From positions 10,459 through 74,458 of the forward strand of contig CAZOAR010000006.1 in the NCBI GenBank assembly GCA_964577985.1: 64,000 nt of DNA, given 5' to 3'. This document shows positions 18,582 to 28,029 of the stretch, in pieces (position 1 is the stretch's first letter; the number at the start of each line of letters is the position of its first letter). Position numbers and translations under genes: made by a program. The notes below the pieces were generated by a model that ran no database searches, was not told where the DNA came from, and was given only the letters and a program-made list of their open reading frames with translations. Source of the DNA: an uncultured Gemmatimonadota bacterium (lineage in GTDB: Bacteria > Gemmatimonadota > CAZMKB01 > CAZNLH01).

Positions 18582-19584
18582 CCCCTCCCAGCAATTTTGC
18601 CAGTTCTAAACAGCGGAGCGAATATGCCCACTCATTGTCGTACCATGCCAGCACCTTGGCGAGCCTCCCGCCCATGATCCTGGTACACGGAGCATCGACG
18701 ATGGATGAATGCGGATTCATGTTGAAATCGATGGAAACGAGTGGAGCCTCGCTGTACTCAAGTATCCCCTTGAGTTCGCCTTCTGACGCCTGTTTTAGTG
18801 CGTCATTGATCTCATTCTCTGTCGTGTCCCTGCTCAGTTGCACGGAGAGATCGACGAGTGAGACATTGGGCGTGGGCACTCTCACCGCCAGTCCATCGAG
18901 CTTGCCCTCGAGTTCAGGCAGGACAAGTGCTACCGCCCTCGCTGCACCAGTCGTCGTGGGAATCATCGACACCGCCGCCGCTCGGGCTCGCCTCAGGTCC
19001 TTGTGGGGAAAATCGAGAATCCTCTGGTCGTTCGTGTAGGAATGAATAGTAGTCATTACTCCATAATCGATACCGAACGTTTTGCTGAGGACGCTGGCGA
19101 CCGGCGCCAGGCAGTTGGTCGTGCACGAGGCGTTGGACACGACATGGTGATCATCCGGCCTGTATGTATCCTCGTTCACACCCAGAACGATCGTCGCGTC
19201 CACTCCCGCAGCGGGCGCGGAGATAATGACCTTCCTGGCCCCCGCTTCTATATGCCTGCCCGCCTTTTCTCTGTCCCTGAATAGACCTGTCGCCTCAAAG
19301 ACCACATCGACTTCCATATCCTTCCACGGGAGGGCACCCGGATCCCGCTCCTGGAGCACTCCGATATCCTTTCCATCCACGAGCAGCCCGTCACCCCTGA
19401 CGTCCACTTCTCCCTCGAAAACACCCTGTACCGAATCGTACTTAAGGAGATGGGCGAGTGTTTCCGGGCTCGTCAGGTCATTGATAGCAATGAAGTCTAT
19501 TCCTTCGACGTGGTGCCTTCTCGACGCCCGCAGGATGTTCCTTCCTATACGACCAAATCCGTTGATCGCAGCTCTGATTGCCAT
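18571..19584 (-). CDS. gap: Glyceraldehyde-3-phosphate dehydrogenase
   Basis: INGFGRIGRN, SNASCTTNCLAP active-site region. Start set at the ATG (MAIRAAINGFGRIG) preceded by GGAGGGAGG; the ORF track start at 19695 adds a non-homologous 37-aa extension. Confidence 0.9.
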   Translation of the reverse strand: MAIRAAINGFGRIGRNILRASRRHHVEGIDFIAINDLTSPETLAHLLKYDSVQGVFEGEVDVRGDGLLVDGKDIGVLQERDPGALPWKDMEVDVVFEATGLFRDREKAGRHIEAGARKVIISAPAAGVDATIVLGVNEDTYRPDDHHVVSNASCTTNCLAPVASVLSKTFGIDYGVMTTIHSYTNDQRILDFPHKDLRRARAAAVSMIPTTTGAARAVALVLPELEGKLDGLAVRVPTPNVSLVDLSVQLSRDTTENEINDALKQASEGELKGILEYSEAPLVSIDFNMNPHSSIVDAPCTRIMGGRLAKVLAWYDNEWAYSLRCLELAKLLGGVDA

Positions 19585-19773
19585 TTGGTTTCCTCCCTCC
19601 AGACAGAGTCCTGATTGATGATTGTAAAAGTTATCGACAAACGACAGACAGTCAACCGCTATTATTACCGGGGTTTCCCGCTCCTCCTGATCCATGAAGA
19701 CGTAGAGCGCCGTCCCACTCCAGGGACGCTCTCTTGACTCGTTCTATCACTCGGCTCCCCACCACGTGTTTCC

Positions 19774-20568
19774 CTACCATGCGCCTGGATCATCAGAGGC
19801 ACTATCTGCACGCCCGAATGAAGCCGATGAGACGCTGCGGGCTCCCGCGGCGAGGAGTGCCTCGCAGCACGCGCTGGTTGTAGCGCCGGTAGTTATTACG
19901 TCGTCGATCAGGATTATCCTCAGCCCGGATATCCCGCCCGCTCCCCGTCTCCTCACCTCGAAAGCACCCTTCACGTTGGAAACGCGCTTCCTGTAAGACA
20001 ATCCAACCTGGGGACGACTCCACGCACGGCGCTGAAGCACCTCCCTGCCGACTGGTATTCCGACAAGGCCCGACAGTTCCTCCGCCAGGAGAGAGCTCTG
20101 GTTATATCCTCTCTCCCTTCTTCTTGCCCGAGCTATCGGCACCGGGACCAGGAGATCCGCGTCCCAGAACACCCTGTCAAACCAGCGTGAGGAAGCCATC
20201 TTCAAGACAAGAGGCACAGCCAGCGCCTTCCATCCCTCATACTTGAAGAGGCGGATCAGTTGCCCTCCCACACCTCTCATCCACGAAGATGATCGCATCC
20301 TGCTCAGCCTCTCCGGCAACCGTCCGCACATCACGCATCGGTATCCTCTGTTTGGCGTTGTGGGAGTCCCGCACCTGGGACAGCTCGGTTCCTCAAGATA
20401 CTCCACGTTGTCCAGGCATCCGCGACACACAAGATTACCCTGATACCTCGGCGCGGAGACTGCGCTGTCGCCGGTTGGTTCGCGACAGACCAGGCAGACG
20501 GGCCTGAGGAGGAAATCGATGACATCCGTCACGGTGCCCGGTACTTCAACCTCAATATCTGCCCTCAA
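19774..20568 (-). CDS. comF: ComF-family phosphoribosyltransferase (competence protein F-like)
   Basis: N-terminal 4-Cys zinc ribbon (CLVCR ... CRGCL ... CPRCG ... CVMC) and a C-terminal PRTase motif (ILIDDVITTGATTSAC). Confidence 0.7.
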   Translation of the reverse strand: MRADIEVEVPGTVTDVIDFLLRPVCLVCREPTGDSAVSAPRYQGNLVCRGCLDNVEYLEEPSCPRCGTPTTPNRGYRCVMCGRLPERLSRMRSSSWMRGVGGQLIRLFKYEGWKALAVPLVLKMASSRWFDRVFWDADLLVPVPIARARRRERGYNQSSLLAEELSGLVGIPVGREVLQRRAWSRPQVGLSYRKRVSNVKGAFEVRRRGAGGISGLRIILIDDVITTGATTSACCEALLAAGARSVSSASFGRADSASDDPGAW

Positions 20569-21431
20569 GACGCACCCCTCATCCTCAAGGCCTCCAGAGC
20601 CGAGTCCCTCATGAGTCCTGTCGGGGGATCGCTGTCAAACCATCTTGAAAAGGAGAGGGCTGCCTGCTGTACAAGCATCTCCAGACCACCGACGACCTCG
20701 ACCCCAAGGGCCTCGCATTTCTTCATCAGAATCGTGGCCCCGCCGTATATAACGTCATAGAACAACTCCAGTCCTTCAACACACCGGGGATCCAGGGCAG
20801 GCGGGTCGTCGTCTATCCAACCGGCACTGGTGGCATTGATGAGAAAAGGGAAGTTCTCTTCCCCGGGGTTTCCGGTCTCACCATACCCCGCCGACCTGAT
20901 CCTGCGTCCCGGAAAAAGGTCGGATAGGCGTGCTGCCAGCTCCTGTCCGCGCACTATATTGCGATTAACAATCAATATCCTGTCTGCCCCTTCGTTGAGC
21001 ATAGCAAAAGCTACGCTCCTGGCGGCCCCCCCTGCACCGAGGATAAGTGCCGACGAACCCGCGATCCTGTCTCTGAAACGCTCCGGCATGCCCATCAGGA
21101 ATCCTCGAATGTCCGTGTTGTCTCCAAGACTCATTCCAGCATCAGCCCAGAAAACATTACACACCCCCGTCAGGATTGATTCCTCGGCCGGAATATCGAC
21201 CAGCGTCTGAGCCATCTCCTTGAACGGCACGGTAACATTACCGGAGAAACCCGAGTCGAGCAGAGACGGAAAAACCCTCTGAAAATTCTCAGGGGGAATG
21301 TCCAGCGTCGCGTAGTGGGCATCAATAGACAATTTCTCGAAGACGGCATTGAACATCTGAGGAGAAACTGACCGGTCGACGGGATGGCCTACGAGGAGGA
21401 AAAGACTCGTCCGTGAAGTGACGCTCGTCAA
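20565..21431 (-). CDS. aroE: Shikimate dehydrogenase
   Basis: N-terminal GHPVDRSVSPQMFN motif; Rossmann GAGGAARS. Confidence 0.8.
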   Translation of the reverse strand: MTSVTSRTSLFLLVGHPVDRSVSPQMFNAVFEKLSIDAHYATLDIPPENFQRVFPSLLDSGFSGNVTVPFKEMAQTLVDIPAEESILTGVCNVFWADAGMSLGDNTDIRGFLMGMPERFRDRIAGSSALILGAGGAARSVAFAMLNEGADRILIVNRNIVRGQELAARLSDLFPGRRIRSAGYGETGNPGEENFPFLINATSAGWIDDDPPALDPRCVEGLELFYDVIYGGATILMKKCEALGVEVVGGLEMLVQQAALSFSRWFDSDPPTGLMRDSALEALRMRGAS

Positions 21432-22240
21432 GTTCCCTCCCCTCCCATGGTGCCCACGGGCTTCTCCCCCGCAGGCCTGATTGAACCCGCTACAAGAAGG
21501 ACCCCTCCAGCAAAAAGGGCAATGCTGAGGATCTGGTTGTAGCTGAATCTGGCGCCGGAAAGTGAGAATGACGACGATGAATCATAGTAACGCACGAAGT
21601 CGATCGTAAACCTCGACACAGAGTATAGTGCCAGGAAGAAACCGAAGAGAAAACCCTCTCCATGCGGTCTCCTGTCCAGCGCCATGAGAATGAGAAAAAT
21701 GACGAGGCCATAGAAGGAGGCATACAATTGTGTCGGATGCAGGGGTGTACCTGGAAATACCATACCGGCCTCGCTCCATGGAGGGAACACTCTCCCGACC
21801 GATGAAAGCGTCTCTCTTCCGAAACAACAGCCATTGAAGTAACACCCCACGCGAGTAACCATTATCCCCACCGCCAGTGAGGGCGCCACAATGTCGGAAA
21901 CTCGGAGGAATGATAATCCTCTGGCCGTCGTGAAGTAGTAGGCGACCGCGACCGCGAGAAGGACTCCCCCGTACATAGCCAGCCCACCCTGCCACACCTT
22001 GAGGATAGAGATAGGATCATGGGCGAAGTCGTCATAATGAATCAGGACATAGTAGGCCCTCGCACCAACGATAGCAGCAAGGATGAGATAGATGGAAAGA
22101 TCGTAAAGAGTGGAAGGCTGAACCCCTCTCTGCTCTCCCCTCTTTCCAGCCAGCCAGATACCCGTCAGAAACGCGATGGAGAGCAGGACTCCGTATGTCC
22201 TTATCTCAAATGGGCCTATCTCCAGCAGGACAGGATACAC
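21428..22240 (-). CDS. lgt: Prolipoprotein diacylglyceryl transferase
   Basis: Lgt N-terminus (IGPFEIRTYGVLLSIAFLTGIWLA) and a multi-TM profile; overlaps the aroE start. Confidence 0.85.
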   Translation of the reverse strand: MYPVLLEIGPFEIRTYGVLLSIAFLTGIWLAGKRGEQRGVQPSTLYDLSIYLILAAIVGARAYYVLIHYDDFAHDPISILKVWQGGLAMYGGVLLAVAVAYYFTTARGLSFLRVSDIVAPSLAVGIMVTRVGCYFNGCCFGRETLSSVGRVFPPWSEAGMVFPGTPLHPTQLYASFYGLVIFLILMALDRRPHGEGFLFGFFLALYSVSRFTIDFVRYYDSSSSFSLSGARFSYNQILSIALFAGGVLLVAGSIRPAGEKPVGTMGGEGT

Positions 22241-22249
22241 TCGTACACC

Positions 22250-22782
22250 TCAAAAGCCTGCGAAGGACACTGTCAGGATAGAAAAGACGAACATGAGAAT
22301 GATGGCCTGGATAATCCATCCAATCAGGCAGACTCCGAGGGCCCTCACGGTGCTCGAATAGTCGAGGGCCTGCCTGACGGCAACAATCATCGCCGCAAGC
22401 ATCCATACCGAGGAAACGAAAAAAACAATCGTACTGATCGGAGGGATAATGGCGAAGATCCTTATTATGCCCGGAGAACTCGAAAAACCGATTGTGCGAA
22501 GGAGTTCTCCCTGGTTAGAGTCTGTCTGTTTCTCGGGAAGAATCTTCGTGCCAACGAGAAAAGTAATATATGCCCATATGTACCAGCCGATCAGGGCGCC
22601 GATCGTTCCAATGACGATCCCGCCGAATCCACCATCTGACCAGTTTCCGATTCCCGCCGCTACGCTGGAAATGACCACTACCGCTGTGGCCTGTTTCATC
22701 GACCCTTCATCTGCCTCTACTTCTTCGTACAGGTTCACATCGAGCTTTGCGGCCCGGATCATTCGATCCCGAAGTATCGACA
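22250..22782 (-). CDS. Yip1-like small polytopic membrane protein
   Basis: Five hydrophobic helices with Gly-rich TM1 (AAGIGNWSDGGFGGIVIGTIGALIGW). GGGAGG Shine-Dalgarno before the ATG at 22782; the ORF track N-terminal extension to 23089 is probably non-coding, as it would overlap lexA. Confidence 0.4.
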
Positions 22783-23030
22783 TGAGCATCCTCCCTTTTA
22801 TGGTAGATCGATCGGCGCGCATAAGATTCATGAGAAGTATACAATGATGCATATTTTTTTTCAAGACTCGATTTTCTTCGTGACTGATGTTGATGGAGAT
22901 CCTGCTCAAAAGGCCACGAAGTCGGGCATCCAGGTTGATCGCCAAGGAGGAATATGGTCCCCCCCCTCGCGTTGCAGCTCTGGATCTCACAGAGAGACCA
23001 GACACGCTTGACACAGACACGCGGCACACT

Positions 23031-23058
23031 TGACTTTCGCTTTTTATTCGCCTATATT
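23031..23058 (+). promoter_or_regulatory. sigma70-type promoter of the lexA operon (-35 TTGACT, 16-nt spacer, -10 TATATT)
   Basis: Near-consensus hexamers about 35 nt upstream of the lexA ATG. Confidence 0.55.
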
Positions 23059-23091
23059 GTAACAAATGCTGAAAAACAGGAGGAAACATCC

Positions 23092-23697
23092 ATGTATCTC
23101 ACAAAGCGACAACAGGAAATCCTGGCATACCTCAAGCGGCATATCACGGCATTCGGGTACGCCCCCAGTTTCGAGGAAATATCCCGCCATTTTCATCTCT
23201 CCTCTCTGGCTACGGTTCACAAGCATCTTTCAAACCTGGAGAAAAAGGGCATGATACGGCGGGAGTGGAACAGGAGTAGATCGGTGGAAATAGTGGAGGA
23301 AGGGGCGGAAGGTTGTGAGGTCCCACTCCTCGGACGTATTGCTGCGGGACGCCCCATCGAAGCTATCGAGGATGTCGGCGCAATATCAATCCCCTCAGAT
23401 ATGCTCGGCCGGAACAGGACATACATACTGCAGGTGAGTGGAGATTCCATGATAGACGACGGTATAAGAGATGGTGACTACGTTATAGTCGAGGAGAGGC
23501 GTGAGGCCAGAAACGGAGAGATGGTGGTCGCCCTCCTCGATGGTGAGGATGTAACGCTCAAAAAGTATTACCGGGAAGGACAAAAAATACGTCTGGAGCC
23601 CGCAAACCCCCTGATGCAACCGATAAGAGTGGATGAGGAGAAGGTCACCATCCAGGGCATTGTGATAGGTCTGCTGCGAAAGTATCGGGGAGCGTGA
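23092..23697 (+). CDS. lexA: LexA repressor
   Basis: Winged-helix N-terminus, Ala-Gly cleavage site region, S24 peptidase Ser/Lys dyad (VSGDSMIDDGI ... VTLKKYY). The ORF track start at 22954 is upstream of the GGAGG-supported ATG at 23092. Confidence 0.85.
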   Translation: MYLTKRQQEILAYLKRHITAFGYAPSFEEISRHFHLSSLATVHKHLSNLEKKGMIRREWNRSRSVEIVEEGAEGCEVPLLGRIAAGRPIEAIEDVGAISIPSDMLGRNRTYILQVSGDSMIDDGIRDGDYVIVEERREARNGEMVVALLDGEDVTLKKYYREGQKIRLEPANPLMQPIRVDEEKVTIQGIVIGLLRKYRGA

Positions 23698-23710
23698 GAG
23701 TCGGGGTGAT

Positions 23711-24895
23711 GTGATGAGCAGGGACATACTTCACATAGACCTGGATGCCTTTTTCGCGTCGGTGGAACAGGCGTGCGACCCTCATCTCAAGGGGAGACCC
23801 GTTATAGTCGGCGGAGATCCGAACGGTAGAGGAGTTGTTGCCGCCGCATCGTACGAGGCACGAAAATATGGTGTTCACTCCGCCATGCCGATGGGTAGGG
23901 CAAAAAGACTCTGTCCGGACGCCACATTTCTGAGAGGCAACTTCCAGAAGTACAGGTCGGCCTCCGCAGAAATCTGCAATATCCTGAGAAACTACTCTCC
24001 GCTCGTGGAAGTCGTATCCATAGATGAGGCCTACCTCGACCTGGGCGGACTCCGGAGGCTCTTCGGTTCTCCGGTAGATATTGCAGACAGGATCCGGGGC
24101 GATATCAAGGATAAACTGCGCCTCAGCGCATCAATGGGGCTTTCCACCAACAAGCTGGTTTCCAAAGTAGCATCCGACTGCGCGAAACCGGGAGGGCTGG
24201 TGCAGGTTATGGCAGGATATGAAAACCGATTCCTTGCCCCCCTCCTCATCGGCAGACTCCCCGGAGTCGGAGAAAAAATGGAAGAACGCCTCAACAATCT
24301 CGGTATTTTCAACATTGGAGACCTGGCAGACTTTGACGCGGAGTTGATTAAAAGAGTCCTCGGTACCGGGGGACTCAATCTCTACAAGCGCGCTCACGGA
24401 GAAGGCAGCGTCACTTTCAGGGAAGGACGAACACCATCGTCCATAAGCAGGGAGACCACCTTTGACAGAGACACGGCCGATCGGGATCGTGTCGAAGGTA
24501 CCCTCATTTCCCTTATCGAACGAGCGGCCATGGCCCTGAGGAGAGAAAAATTATCGGCCAGAACGGTGGCGATAAAAATACGCTACTCTGATTTCAAGAC
24601 TGTTACCGGTTCCAGCACTCTAACTACCCCCACATCGGCCGATCACTATATCATATCCGCGGCCATAAAAACCCTTTCCCGCCTCTGGTCAAGGAGAGCG
24701 AATATACGACTGATCGGTATCTGTCTCACCAATCTCTCTCGATCCCCATCTCAGATGGATCTCTTTACCGGACAGGACGAAGGACGGGAGGTCCACCTTT
24801 ATGACGCAATAGACAGGATACGGGAGCGATTCGGTTCGAAGGCCATCACGAGGGGGCGGGCATTGATGGCAACATTTGAGCGATATGAAGCATGA
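23711..24895 (+). CDS. dinB: Y-family DNA polymerase IV (DinB-like; catalytic Asp/Glu residues intact)
   Basis: LHIDLDAFFASVEQ and SIDEAYLD catalytic motifs, little-finger domain. 14 nt after the lexA stop; stop overlaps the dnaE2 start (ATGA). Confidence 0.85.
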   Translation: MMSRDILHIDLDAFFASVEQACDPHLKGRPVIVGGDPNGRGVVAAASYEARKYGVHSAMPMGRAKRLCPDATFLRGNFQKYRSASAEICNILRNYSPLVEVVSIDEAYLDLGGLRRLFGSPVDIADRIRGDIKDKLRLSASMGLSTNKLVSKVASDCAKPGGLVQVMAGYENRFLAPLLIGRLPGVGEKMEERLNNLGIFNIGDLADFDAELIKRVLGTGGLNLYKRAHGEGSVTFREGRTPSSISRETTFDRDTADRDRVEGTLISLIERAAMALRREKLSARTVAIKIRYSDFKTVTGSSTLTTPTSADHYIISAAIKTLSRLWSRRANIRLIGICLTNLSRSPSQMDLFTGQDEGREVHLYDAIDRIRERFGSKAITRGRALMATFERYEA

Positions 24896-27800
24896 ACTCT
24901 CCCTTCGTTCATCTTCACTGCCACAGTAACTACTCTTTTCTCTACGGAGCCATGTCTATAGATGACATCCTGGACCGTACCCGGGCGACAGGCATGTCCT
25001 CCATAGCACTCACCGATAACAACGGACTCTATGGGGCGATCCCCTTCTACAAGAAGGCGGTCGCACTGGGGATCAAGCCCCTCCTCGGAGCCCGGATAGA
25101 CGATCCCGAAGGCGATGATACCGCCATCATCATCGCCAGGAACAACAAGGGGTTCGCGCGTCTGTGCCGACTCGTCACCGATAGACGGCTGGAAAAAGGT
25201 TTCCGCCTGAAAGAGGCCCTGGCAGGACTCGGGGCGGATCTCTTCGTCCTGACATCCTCCCCGGATCTCCTCCATATCCTGGCCGGGAGAAGACCCCCTG
25301 GAACGACGTATGCGGAGGTCTGCAACATGCTTGATGCCGCCAGCGCCGGAGAACTCTCGCGCCTGCACGGCATCTGCGAACATACTGGCTTGCAGGCGGT
25401 CGCCACAAACAACGTCCATTTCCGTGACCGCTCTGATCATGAACTCCAGAAGATCCTTTCCGCCATCCGGGAGAAAAAGGTGGCCGGCGACCTGCGGGAC
25501 GCGGATGTCGCTCCGGCGGAGGCATGGCTCAAGCCACCTCACGATATGAGACGGCTTTTCAAAAGCTGGCCATCGGCCCTCCGTAACACCTGCCGCATCG
25601 CGGCCGAGTGTGACGTAACATTCGACCTGAACAGGATCAGACTCCCCGTCTTCTCGACCTCCAACGGTGAAGTCCCTTTCTCCCGTCTCTGGAAACTCTG
25701 CTTCAGGGGCCTCACGAAACGCTACAGGCCCCTGAACCGGGAGGCCATAGACCGGCTGAACTCAGAGTTGAATGTCATAGACGCTCTCGGGTTCGCGCCC
25801 TATTTTCTCCTTGTATGGGACATTATAAGGTTCGCCAGGGAAAAGAGGATACCATGGATCGGCCGTGGATCGGCCGCCAACAGCATTGTGTCGTATGTCC
25901 TCGGAATTACCGAGATCGACCCTGTCGAGCAGAATCTCTTCTTTGAACGGTTCCTGAATCCTGAACGGAGTTCCCCTCCCGACATAGACATAGACTTCTG
26001 CTGGAAAAGGAGAGATCGTGTGCTGGAATATGTCTATGACAAATACGGGGCTGACCGCGTAGCCATGATATCCACACACGTCACCTTCAGGGGGCGGTCG
26101 GCCGTGAGAGAGGTCGGAAGGGCCATGGGGCTTCCTCCTGAGGAAATCTCCGCTTTCACCTCAGGAATACCATACTGCCGCAGGCTCGACGTGGAATGGA
26201 TGCGCGAAAATCATCCGAAGTTCAGGGCACTCCCCTTTGAACGCGAGCCATATCCCGCGATACTAAAACTGGCCGAACGTATCACCGGTTATCCACGCCA
26301 CCTGTCGGTCCATCCCGGCGGCATAGTGGTGAGTCCATCTCCCCTCCTCGATCTGGTTCCGCTCGAACGCTCCAGAAAAGGCCTCGTAGTGACACAGTAT
26401 GACATGTTCAGCATCGAGGACCTTGGCCTTGTGAAGATAGACCTGTTGTGCCAGCGTTCTCTTTCGGTACTGGCGGACACGCTGGAAATGCTGGAGCGAA
26501 ACGGCTCACCGGTCCCGCACCTCGAAAAGAGAGAAGAGATCCAGAATGACAAAGCGACCAGGAGGCTCATCCGGGATGGAAGGACCATGGGATGTTTCTA
26601 CATCGAATCTCCAGCCATGAGATCGCTGCTCAAAAAACTCAAAGTCGATGATTTCCAGATGTTGACTGCCGCCAGTTCTGTGATTCGGCCCGGGGTTGCC
26701 GAAAGTGGTATGATGCGGCAGTTCATAGAATGTCACAACGGCTTGCGGGAGCCGTCGTTTCTTCATCCACTGATGCGCTCACTCCTTGACGAGACTTACG
26801 GGGTTATGATCTACCAGGAAGACGTCATCAAGGTAGCACATCAGGTGGCCGGCATGTCCCTGGGCGAAGCCGACCTGCTCCGTCGAGCCATGAGCGGAAA
26901 GATGCGTTCGCACGACGCTATGGAGCGCCTTCAAAAACGGTTTACGCAGGGCGCGCTGAATAACGGGCTCTCCGATAAGGCTGCCGATGAGATCTGGCGC
27001 CAGATGGAGAGTTTCGCCGGCTATGCGTTCTGCAAGGCCCACAGCGCTTCTTATGCCCTTCTCTCTTTCAAGGTAGCATATCTGAAGGCTCACCACCCCG
27101 CGGAATTCCTCGCGGCCGTCATCACCAACAGGGGAGGATTTTACCATCATACCGCCTACATCGAGGAGGCTCGTCGGCTCGGGATCAGGATTCTTCCCCC
27201 GGATATCAACCGGAGCGATATAGATTTCACCGCCCGTGGTGGCGAAATCAGGACCGGTCTCATGCAGATCAAGGGGCTCTCCTCCGGAACATTGAGGAGA
27301 ATCGCAGAGGCACGTAAGGCCGGCGGAGTGTTTTCATCACTCAGAGATTTCTGCGAACGGACCAACGCCGATCTATCCGATACAGAGCAGTTGATCAGGG
27401 CTGGTGCCTTTGCCTCCATCGGTATGACGAGACCGGAGCTCCTGTGGCATCTTTATCTTATCTTCAGAGAGAGACGAGCTGGAGGCTCTTCAGATGATAA
27501 ACCCGTCTTCGAGGAGATACCGGGTATGGAAAAACAAATCATTTCCGTACCAGGCATGGCCGAATATCCACTGGCGAAACGGCTCGCACTGGAGCTGGAT
27601 ACCATCGGATACAATGTAGACCGGCATCCTCTGCAGGCGTTCAAGTATCTTTACAGGACCATAGAGCTTACCAGGGCGGCAGACCTCTGCGCGATGGCAG
27701 GAAAAGAAGTCCAGCTCCTGGGGTGGGTTATAGCCTCGAAAAGGGTCGGCACGCGAAACGGGCGGTTCATGGAGTTCCTGTCTCTGGAGGATCTTACTGA

Positions 27801-28029
27801 CACATTCGAGGTGGTTCTCTTTCCCGGGAGCTATCAGAAATACGGCGCCATCCTGCGGGACAGGGGGCCATATCTCATCTCAGGAACGGTCCTTGAAGAA
27901 AGCGGATGTTGCACCGTTACGGTCGATAAGATCGCAACGGTTCGGTCAGAAACACGTTCTGCTAATTCTCTTCTTCCTTTTCCCTGGGACTTTCCTCGCC
28001 GGGGTGAGCCACCTCGAATGCCTCGCTAA
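24892..28029 (+). CDS. dnaE2: Error-prone DNA polymerase DnaE2 (ImuC)
   Basis: PHP domain HLHCHSNYSFLYGA. Pol III alpha core. 1045 aa, the DnaE2 size class. Located in a lexA-Y-family polymerase cassette. Confidence 0.85.
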   Translation: MNSPFVHLHCHSNYSFLYGAMSIDDILDRTRATGMSSIALTDNNGLYGAIPFYKKAVALGIKPLLGARIDDPEGDDTAIIIARNNKGFARLCRLVTDRRLEKGFRLKEALAGLGADLFVLTSSPDLLHILAGRRPPGTTYAEVCNMLDAASAGELSRLHGICEHTGLQAVATNNVHFRDRSDHELQKILSAIREKKVAGDLRDADVAPAEAWLKPPHDMRRLFKSWPSALRNTCRIAAECDVTFDLNRIRLPVFSTSNGEVPFSRLWKLCFRGLTKRYRPLNREAIDRLNSELNVIDALGFAPYFLLVWDIIRFAREKRIPWIGRGSAANSIVSYVLGITEIDPVEQNLFFERFLNPERSSPPDIDIDFCWKRRDRVLEYVYDKYGADRVAMISTHVTFRGRSAVREVGRAMGLPPEEISAFTSGIPYCRRLDVEWMRENHPKFRALPFEREPYPAILKLAERITGYPRHLSVHPGGIVVSPSPLLDLVPLERSRKGLVVTQYDMFSIEDLGLVKIDLLCQRSLSVLADTLEMLERNGSPVPHLEKREEIQNDKATRRLIRDGRTMGCFYIESPAMRSLLKKLKVDDFQMLTAASSVIRPGVAESGMMRQFIECHNGLREPSFLHPLMRSLLDETYGVMIYQEDVIKVAHQVAGMSLGEADLLRRAMSGKMRSHDAMERLQKRFTQGALNNGLSDKAADEIWRQMESFAGYAFCKAHSASYALLSFKVAYLKAHHPAEFLAAVITNRGGFYHHTAYIEEARRLGIRILPPDINRSDIDFTARGGEIRTGLMQIKGLSSGTLRRIAEARKAGGVFSSLRDFCERTNADLSDTEQLIRAGAFASIGMTRPELLWHLYLIFRERRAGGSSDDKPVFEEIPGMEKQIISVPGMAEYPLAKRLALELDTIGYNVDRHPLQAFKYLYRTIELTRAADLCAMAGKEVQLLGWVIASKRVGTRNGRFMEFLSLEDLTDTFEVVLFPGSYQKYGAILRDRGPYLISGTVLEESGCCTVTVDKIATVRSETRSANSLLPFPWDFPRRGEPPRMPR

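Noticed and set aside
23059-23091. Searched for a LexA operator of E. coli (CTGT-N8-ACAG), Gram-positive (GAAC-N4-GTTC) or alpha-proteobacterial (GTTC-N7-GTTC) type between the -10 box and the lexA ATG
   Set aside because: Only partial matches (TGTAACA ... ACAG with wrong spacing). The operator type cannot be called from one site.
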